Assembly: GCA_002104945.1 (NCBI GenBank)
Contig: MCFH01000067.1
Location: 124,001 to 188,000 of the forward strand
Length of the DNA: 64,000 nt
Source: Piromyces finnis finn
Lineage: Eukaryota; Fungi; Neocallimastigomycota
Direction: 5' to 3'
The notes beneath the pieces are model-generated. The model saw nothing but the letters and a program-made list of their open reading frames with translations. It did not search any database and had not been told where the DNA came from. This document shows positions 54,681 to 64,000 of this stretch, piece after piece; positions within the stretch are counted from its first letter, which is position 1, and the number at the start of each line of letters is the position of its first letter. The translations under genes were made by a program, and so were the position numbers.

Positions 54681-55172
54681 ATAACAATTACATCGATCAA
54701 AATGATGAAAAATATCTTCTATTTATATTTTTCCTAAATACATTTATATTATATTATAACTATTTATTTCTTATATATTATTATTTAAAATCTACACTAA
54801 AATCTTAATTATTAATAAATATTTAAACTATAACTATTTTTAGTAAAATACAATTGGCAATTCAAATTAAGTACTATTCAATTTGATTATGTGCCCATGT
54901 ATTATTGATATATTAATCATTTATTATTTATATATTATTTATCTATTTCTATGAAAAAAACAATACTAAAACTAGGGATTTAAATTGAGAATTTTAATTT
55001 ACTTGTTAAACATTAAAAATAAATAATTTATTTTGTTTTAAACTTTAATTATTAATAAATAAATTATGTCTCATTTTCTTTTTCTGTAATATAAATTGTG
55101 TAACTTAAACAATAATACTTGTGGCTTAAGTTACATTAAAGATATCAAGTTGAGGCATTTGATATCTTTACA
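54681..55172. mobile_element. Repeat family S copy
   Basis: Homologous to 47265-47752; hairpin AAAGATATCAA (55138-55148) / TTGATATCTTT (55159-55169), then ACA. Confidence 0.55.
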
Positions 55173-55782
55173 GAATATACAAATAAAATATTCTTAAAGA
55201 AAATCTAATTTGAGGGAGAGTGTGAACATTTATGGACACATAATTTTATTTATCTATATCATATATTTAAGAACATACGTGACTAACTTATAAAAACATA
55301 AACATGTATTAAAAGTGTTGTAGACGTAATGCTTACGTGTTGTAGAGATAGTTATTTTTTATTTATTTTATTTTATTTTCTACGGTCACATGACCGTACA
55401 TCTTATTATATAACTGTAATATTTACAATATAACTTTTTCTCTTTGTTAACTTATTAATAAAATTATTTATTAATTAAATTTATTTCACTTTATTATTAT
55501 TATTATTATTATTATTAGTAGTAGTAGTAGTAGTATTATAAAAATTAATATAATGTTTATTAAATTTATTAATATTATAATTACTTTTTTAAAAACGTAT
55601 ATTTCTTTTTTTTTTAAATTAATTAAAATATTTTATTAATTTAAATATGTATAGTATATATAACATATATATTTTTTATTTATTAATAGTAATATATATT
55701 TATAAATTGATTTTTAAAAAACAATAAAATATAAATTATTAGAAAAAAATTATTATTTATTATTTTTTTAAATAATACATTT

Positions 55783-56130
55783 ATGAAGTTAATTAATATT
55801 ATACTTTATATATTCTTTGCTAATAGTATTTTAGTAAATGAATCCAAAATATTTTGTCGGCATAATCATCAAGGTGTAACTAAAGTTTATGATCCTGCTT
55901 ATTTCGACATAGATGGTAATGTTGTATTCGCTAAAAAAATAGAATATGTAAAGGTTTTAGGGCCTACTTGGTATGGAGTTTCTTGGTATGATAATAGTAC
56001 TATGGTTAATAGTATTGGTATTTATTATGATATTTCATCAATCCAAGAAAATTTAAGAAAAAGATCTAATAAAAATAACAACAAAAAAAATAATAAAAAT
56101 AAAAATTATCTTTTTTCTTTTAATTGTTGA
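55783..56130 (+). CDS. Small putative secreted protein of unknown family (115 aa)
   Basis: ATG after an AT-rich leader. Hydrophobic N-terminus MKLINIILYIFFANSIL; Tyr/Trp/Gly-containing core with higher GC than the flanks; N/K-rich tail. Confidence 0.5.
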   Translation: MKLINIILYIFFANSILVNESKIFCRHNHQGVTKVYDPAYFDIDGNVVFAKKIEYVKVLGPTWYGVSWYDNSTMVNSIGIYYDISSIQENLRKRSNKNNNKKNNKNKNYLFSFNC

Positions 56131-56929
56131 AACTATATTTAAAAATTTATTGATGTTACTATTTAATAATTATAGAAGAAAAAAAAATCAATTGAATTAG
56201 AATATAATAAATTTTAGTAAATTTAAAGTAAAATAAAAAGAGCTACAAATTTACTTGAGGATGTTCTTTAATATAATAATTAAAGTTTCATAAAAGTTTA
56301 ACGAACTCAGTAATATATACTGTGTGGGATAGGTCTCTACCTAAAGAATTAAATGAATTGAAAAAAGAAGTATCAGGTATGATAATGTAGTGTCCCCTAA
56401 ACTTTTTCACGAGTCCTTTATATTTAATTAAAATATTAATATTTTCCTCTTTCTATCCTAAATTTGGTTACATATTTTATTATATAAATATATAAATGAT
56501 TAATGCATTTAATAAAAATAGAATACTATTATTTAAATATTATATAATAATAAGAATTATTTATAAAAAATATAAAAATATTAAAAGTATCATTTTAAAT
56601 ATTTTATTTTTCATTATTTACTAAAATAAAATAATATATTTTTACTATTATACCAGCCGGATAATAATATTATTAATAATGAAATAATTATAGAATTTGT
56701 TATAATATCATAACTTTATAAACTTTAATTATTAATGATTAATAATACATTAGTAATAATTAGTAATTCACATGTTCTAAAAATATTCATGTACATGATT
56801 TATTAGTAATAGATTAAGCCACATATTTTAGTATAAATTTATTAAATTTTGTATTAATTCTTTGTAATTACCTATTTATATTTATTATAAATAAACTTTA
56901 TTAATAAAATCAACCTAAAAATAACAGAT

Positions 56930-59900
56930 TAAGAGTCTCAACTTAAACTACAGACATGTCTTCAACCAGCATCAACTTTTCCTATGACAAGCTAGTAGGT
57001 TGTGAAAACTTCCCCATCTGGTACATCACAATCTGCGATTATCTTAAATCCTTAAAATTGAATTTGTACATTGAAACCAATGTTACAAGTACCATTACCG
57101 ATCTTACTACCGAAATGGATCACAATGTCAATGATGCGAAGGCTAGCATCATTATTCTGACGAATGTAATAGACAAAATCAAATATTACATTAAGGATTG
57201 TGCTACCGCTTATGAAAAAATGGAAAAATTGAAATCTTTATATGAAGTTGATAAGGCCACCTTTTGTGGTATGTGGATGAAAAGACTATACTCAATCCGT
57301 GCAAAATCTGTCCGTGACACAACGGAAATAATAAACGAAATTCTGGAATTATCTAAGCTGTTAAAGGAATCATCAATGGAGCCTCCAAACATTGAACAAA
57401 TCAACATAATGTATGATGCATTACCAAAGGAACTCAAATCAATTGTTACCTATAGTTCTTCTAATACGGCTGAGGAATTTTATGAAGAAATTAAAGATAA
57501 ATATTCTATTCCTTCTTATCGAATGGATAGGGGTGAACCTTTTTATACTAATCTCAATACGACCCGTTACGAGAATGACTCAATTTACAGGAATAATCGA
57601 TCAAATCAAGAATATGAAGATAAAATGGATATTGACAATATTGAAAGAAGGAGAAATGACATATCATATATTATATACAAAAACATTCAAAAATCAACTA
57701 AAACCTGTATTATTTGCAACAAACAAGGACACTTGGCAAAAGACTGCTACTTTAATCCTTGCAGTACAAATAAAAGAAATAGTAGATCTTTAAACTATTT
57801 CAATAACAACAATAACAACAATAACTTAAAAAATAAAATGAACAATAAAAGAAACACCAACAACAAAGAAAATTATAACAGAAAACAAAGCAAGAATTAT
57901 AACACAATTAGCAATATTGAAAAGGAATATACACCTTCTTATGAAGAATTCAATTTTATGTATGGCAACAATATAGACAGTATAGAATATGATAAGGAAA
58001 AAATACTTGATAAACTATGCAATAACAACATAAATTATTGTTCAGAAAATGATACACACTTAACTAGCGAAATGAACATATTAAATACAAAATGTGTTAG
58101 ATCATAACACTTCTATTGACACTAATGGAAATGAAACATGTAAGTATGTAGCAAAGGATAAAACAAATGAAATTTCAAACAATAACCCATCAAATAATTC
58201 TAGTTTAGAAGAATAAACCATATTATTAAATAATTCAATAACAAGCCACAATATTCACAAAGTTATATTAGTATGTCACAATACTTAACAAATAACATAT
58301 TACCAAAACAAAATTCTTCATTTAATATCAACCCTGAAAGATTCATTTTCGAATATGATCCAAATGGCTATGTTATAATTTTACCTACTAACGATTATGA
58401 TACAACAACGATTTACAACAATAAAAAGGAAGTTCTATTACATAATGAAGATACAAATAAACATCAAAATGAATCTTATAATGATCTTAATAAACTACAA
58501 AATTTAAAACATAATATAACTTCATTAATTGAAAACTCACCAAAGAGAATAGAAACTGAGCAACATGACAAAAATAATAATCACAATTTTAAACACAATG
58601 TGTCTTCTTTATATAACCCACCTAAAAGAATAGAATTAGAAGAAAATAATATTAACAAGCCACAGCAAATAATTAATAACAAGCCACAGTTGCATGACAA
58701 TAAACAAATTAATTCAATTAATACCAGAGTGTAATAATCCATTAACATATGAACAAGCTATTAGTAACTCTGATAAAGAAAAATGGATGAAAGTAATAAA
58801 AGAAGAATTAGATAACCTATACAACAATAAGATTATGACTGTTGTTAAATCAGTCCCAAATAATAAACCAATTGTTTCTACCAAATGGGTATTCACTAAA
58901 AAGACAAACGAAAATAATGAAATCATTAAATACAAAGCACGAGTAGTAGCCCGAGGATTTTCTCAAAAATACGGAACTGATTTTGATCTTACATATTCAC
59001 CAACATTGATTTCTGACAGCCTAAAATTAATTATCTCTCTAGCCGCTAAATTTGAATGGAATATACAACAATTGGACATAAAATCATCATATTTAAATGC
59101 AAATTTAGACAAAAATTATATTCTACCATACCTAAGTGTAAAATATTAATCTTAAAACAGATTATATATTTAACAATAAAACAACTAAACACGAAAACAA
59201 AAAAATAAAAGAATATTTTTTATCACAACTTTTACTTTTATTAATTATCAAAATTTAAAATAACAATTACATTGATTTAACAAATAAAAATTACACGTAT
59301 TTATATTTTTTTCATAATTATATTCTAGTATATTATTCTATTTAAATAAACATATATTTAATATAAAATAAATAACACTAATCTAACTAAATAATAAAAT
59401 AACAAAACTAAACTAAAACTAATTCATTATACTTTTAATTCAGTTTGAGTAAACTCAAAATTGAATAAAGTCCATGTATTATCTATAAATTAGTTTAATA
59501 TTATCAATACTATTCTTAATATATTTCCTATTGAAATATAAACAAATCTATTTATAAAACTAAGTTAAATTATTAAGCTATTCTAAATTTAAATAAAAAG
59601 TATTTAAAAAATATTTTAATTATTTAAAATATTTGAAGTAATTAAATTTAATTAAAATTCTTTTATTCCTTAAATTTAAATATTTATCTTAATTTAAATT
59701 TAACGGAATTATTATAAAATAATTTATTATTAAATTATTCCATGAAATTTATTCAAAAAATTTTATAATTAATTTTATTAAATATAAATTTTATACGGAC
59801 TTCGTCAATCTGGAGGACAATGGTATAAGACAATTACAAATTTTATAATTAACAATGGATTTTATCAATTAAATTCTAAACAATGTATATTTACAAAATC

Positions 59901-60655
59901 AAATAATAATGATATATGTTTCTTTTATGTTGTAGTAATTTAATATTAGTTTATTTATAATTTATTATATTAGGTGAAAAAAATATTTTATTACTATTAT
60001 AAACTTCTCTCTTATTAATAATTTCACTTAATATTTTCTTATTAAAACTCTTCTCTCTCTAATTATTAATTATTTTACATGAATATTTTTATATTATAAA
60101 ATTCCTATAATATAATTGAATATCAATTATATAATGTAATGTATTCATAATATATGAATAATAATTAAATAGGATATAGTATAATATATTTTACATTTTA
60201 TATGAAATATTACTATATAAGGAAAGGTAATGTAATACAAATAAGTATTACAATAAAATTAATACTAATATATAATATTAATATTTAAGAATATAATGAA
60301 ATATGTACATGAATTCTATAACTAATATATAAATAATGTATTATAATATATATCAATTATTAAATTATTATTATGAAATATTATATATAAATTTTTAAAT
60401 ATGAAATTGAATATTTTAAATAATAAAAATTATTTTAAATATGGCTAATATGTAGCTAGACATATTAATTTCATATCAATAAGAATATAGAATATCACGT
60501 GTATCAGAAATATATGTCGATTATATGATAATCACGGGATTCGATAATGATATAAATTTTATAATAAATAAAATTACATCAAAATTTAAAATTTCTAATT
60601 GTGAACCAGCAAAATACATTTTAGGAATTATAATAGAAATAGAAAATAATTCATT
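56930..60655 (+). mobile_element. Decayed Ty1/Copia retrotransposon (gag, RT pieces), with nested insertions
   Basis: Gag KLVGCENFPIW and zinc knuckle CIICNKQGHLAKDC. RT PLTYEQA..KW, STKWVF, YKARVVARGFSQ, TYSP, QLDIKSSYLN. Resumes LYGLRQSGGQWY at about 59791 and IYVDYMIITG...KFKISNCEPAKYILGI at about 60510-60645. No recognisable protease or integrase. Confidence 0.92.
59137..59785. mobile_element. Truncated family R LTR inserted in the Copia RT
   Basis: Starts TGTAAAATATTAATC and is homologous to 41835-42564 in reverse; RT coding resumes after it. Confidence 0.7.
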
Positions 60656-60706
60656 ATTAGTTTTGTTTATTTTATATTGAATATATGTATAATTAAATAG
60701 AATAGT

Positions 60707-61495
60707 TGTAAAAGTATAAAATTTAAAACAGATTTCATACTTAAAACAAAACAATTTTTATTAACACAAAAATAAAAAAATAAAACATTAAATTTTTATT
60801 TAAAAAAAACATTTTTATTTAAACTCTTAAAAATATTATTAACTATATAATAGTTAATAATTAAAAAATTGAAAATAACAATTACATCGATTTAACAAAT
60901 AAAAATTACATGTATTTATATTTTTTCATAATTATATTCTAATATATTATTCTATTTAAATAAACATATATTTAATATAAAATAAACAAAACTAATTTAA
61001 TTAAATAATAAAATAACAGAACTAAACTAAACTAATTCATTATACTTTTAATTCAATTTGAGTAAACTCAAAATTGAATAAAGCCCATGTATTTTCTATA
61101 AATTAATTTAATATTATCAATACTATTCTTAATATATTTCCTATTGAAATATAAATAAATCTATTTTTAAAACTAAGTTAAAATTATTAAACTATTCTAA
61201 ATTTAAATAAAAAAGTATAATCTATTCTAAAATTAAATAAAAAGTATTTGAAAAATATTTTAATTATTTAAAATATTTGAAATATTTAAATTTAATTAAA
61301 ATTCTTTTATTCCTTAAACTTAAATATTTATCTTAATTTAAATTTAACGGAATTATTATAAAATAATTTATTATTAAATTATTCCATAAAATTTACTCAA
61401 AAATTTTATAATCAGTTTTACTAAATATTAATTTATTATTTAATAATTAATAATTAATTATTAAATAATCTAAAGATATATATTATATCTTTACA
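60707..61495. mobile_element. Solo LTR family R, 789 bp, 5-bp TSD ATAGT, inserted into another family R copy
   Basis: TGTAAAAG...CTTTACA; ATAGT at 60702-60706 and 61496-61500. Joining the flanks restores the family R sequence seen at about 46910-47060. Confidence 0.88.
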
Positions 61496-61631
61496 ATAGT
61501 ATATTAAAATATAATCTACAAAAAATATAAATACATGAAAAATTTCGTAATTTAAAACGATGTAATTGTTATTGATTATTATTTAGTTAATAACTAAATA
61601 AAATTAATAAAAGAGATATTTTAAATATATT

Positions 61632-62831
61632 TTGTTCGAATACATCAACGAATTCCAACGCATTAGCCAAAATTCGAATTTCAACGAAGCAGCTAAAATA
61701 TACATGTTCACAAAAGGATTACATCCAAAAATGCGTGAACATTTAGCTGTAGTTAATCTAAACCCCATTCAGTTAGAGCGTCTTTATTCCAATGTCCTTA
61801 GTATTAAAAATCTTACTAAAAGAAGTGATATCAGTGAATACTACATGACGCATCAAAACAGAAGAAATTACAACCAAAATGATCCTATGGATGTAGATTT
61901 ATATAGGATCAGTTAAGGTCAAAGAAAGGTTAATTACTTCCCTCCCCATAAAAGTAATTATAACAAAAATAAAACAAACCGCATTAAGGCCAAGAAGAAC
62001 GGTGTTTGCTTTACTTGTGGAAAGTCTAGACACTTTCAATTCAATTGTCCAAACAAAAAGAAACCGAAAAATGTGAAAATTATAGAGAGATGCTATTCAG
62101 AAGATGATGCTAGCCCTTCAATCAAGAGAATTAAAAAAGAAAATCTTAATCCCAAGGGAACTTCAAATATGTTCGAGATCCATAAAGATAAAAAGAAAAA
62201 TATCATCGATTTTTATATCAAAACCAATGATATCGATGAAGTCAAGGTTAAGGTGCTTATTGATTCTGGTTCCGATCTCAATTTCATCCACCCTGAATTC
62301 GCCCGAATCAATAATATTAAACTTTCAAATATTGCCGAATCTTTCAAGGTTTCTGGTTTAGGGCAAGGTACTTCTACTGTGAAAAAGAAATCCGAAAAAT
62401 GCATCCTTCGTTTGAGAAATCACTACGAACTCATCCAATTATATGCAATTAGAATTCCTGAAGTTGATATAATTCTTGGTGTACCTTGGATAAAAAAACA
62501 TTTCCCTGTTTACTACCACGATTCTTCCAAAATTGCCTTTAGCTCTATATATTGTGCCAGACATTGTAATGCGGAAAGAAGAAAGAACAAGAGTAATGCA
62601 AAGGAAACCAAGAAAGAAAAAATATCATCAAGAAAAGGAAAAGAAGCTACTCAAGACGACGAAGATGAACAATCCTCTCATAGTGACCTTGGTTCATGCA
62701 ATCATTATGAACCCTCCTATAGCGACTCCAGTGACGATGAAGAAACTTTAAGTATTAGAGGCAGTAGAACCTCCGTTAAAACCATTAGTAATCTAGATAG
62801 TTTTAATAAAATTAAATTTAGTGATAGTTTA

Positions 62832-62885
<54 letters not shown>

Positions 62886-63860
62886 TGTAATCCTAAATGT
62901 AAATATGATAATATTAATTGTATTGATGAAAATTTAAATAAAGATAATAATTCGGTCACCGAACCAAAAAAATACTCATTTTCTAAAAAAGTGTTTAATA
63001 ATAACAATTCATGTGTATTAAATTCAGATAGTAACTGTAATGATTTATCTTGTAATATTATTAATAAATGTAAAACTGAAAATAATAATTTGAATAAAGT
63101 TAAAAAATCTGTCGAAATCCAAAACAATATTTATTATTTAAAGAGGTTTTTAATGAAAAGAATTGTAATATTTTACCTCCACATCGTGAATACGATTATG
63201 AAATCAAATTAAAGGATAATTCTAACTTGTTTTATGGTCCTCTTTATCCTTTAACAGAGACAGAGAGAGATGAATTAAAAAGTTACATCAATAAAAATTT
63301 AGAAAAAGGTTTCATTAGGAAATCTTCATCTCCTGCCGGAGCACCAGTCTTATTTGTCAAAAAGAAAGATAGAGTGAAGGGTGCAAAATACTTTACTAAG
63401 TTGGACTTAAAGTCTGCTTGTAATTTCGTAAGAATCAAAGAGGGTGATGAATACAATACTGCCTTTAGAACAAGATATGGGTATTTTGAATATCTCGTCA
63501 TGCCTTTTGGTTTAAAGAATGCACCAGCTACTTTTCAACATTTCATAAATGATGTCCTTAGTGATTATTTGGATGATTTTAATATATTTAAATATTCTGG
63601 AAGAACATCATGAACATGTTAAGAAAGTATTGAAAAAATTATTAGAAAATAATTTATATGTAAAGTTAGAAAAGTGTGAGTTTGATGTTTCAGAAACCAC
63701 TTTTCTTGGTTATGTATTATCCAAAGATGGTCTGAAAATGGATAGAGATAAAGTTAAAGCTATCCTCGACTGGCCTGTTCATACGAATGTTAAAGAAGTT
63801 CAATCCTTTTATTGGATTATGCAATTATTATAGAACTTTTATTAAAGACTTTTCTAATTT
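61632..63860 (+). mobile_element. Decayed Ty3/Gypsy gag-pol (gag, zinc knuckle, protease, RT)
   Basis: Gag YINEF..MFTKGL..PMDVD; CFTCGKSRHFQFNC; protease VLIDSGSDLNFI and ILGVPW; RT PPHREYD.., [56 protein letters not shown]. Internal deletions and frameshifts. Confidence 0.93.
62833..62885. repeat. (AAT)n microsatellite encoding poly-Asn in the Gypsy protease-RT linker
   Basis: Direct reading of the sequence. Confidence 0.9.
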
Positions 63861-64000
63861 TATAATTATATGGAATTGCATTGTTTTGTTTAAAATAGTA
63901 GGTCAAGTATTTTTTGAAAATCATAAAACTATTTAATGGACGAGGTATTTTATTACCATATTTTCTTTTTCCATTGAAAATAAATGATGTGTAAATGGTT

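Noticed and set aside
56773-56940. Copia 5' LTR (TGTT...AACA) and PBS GATTAAGAGTCTC
   Set aside because: No second LTR or TSD is available for confirmation, and the PBS match is weak.

Overview
Extremely AT-rich, intron-containing eukaryotic DNA. The composition and gene families (bacterial-type AAA-ATPase-like genes, expanded ankyrins, LRR proteins) best fit an anaerobic gut fungus (Neocallimastigomycota); this is an inference. Scattered single-base indels indicate a long-read assembly. The left half holds the 3' end of an LRR-receptor paralog, an 11-exon secreted M13 metallopeptidase, and a bacterial-derived AAA-ATPase/PD-(D/E)XK pseudogene. It also holds a young tRNA-Ala-derived SINE (13-bp TSD, 96-nt A tail) and two plant-type LRR receptor-like genes built from one-repeat-per-exon symmetric exons. 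A ~6-kb unit (about 13340-19300) occurs three times as direct/inverted/direct, either a real inverted triplication or a fold-back artefact. The middle carries a large multi-TM class-3 lipase gene and an ankyrin pseudogene. The right half is a transposon graveyard: a chromoviral Gypsy with a PI-PLC gene fragment replacing part of its integrase, a ~790-bp solo-LTR family with 5-bp TSDs, and a 2.2-kb-arm inverted repeat with a variable 51-bp minisatellite. It also contains further SINE copies, a divergent uracil-DNA glycosylase pseudogene, a small orphan secreted ORF, and decayed Copia and Gypsy elements. All alignments and translations were done by eye; no database searches were run.
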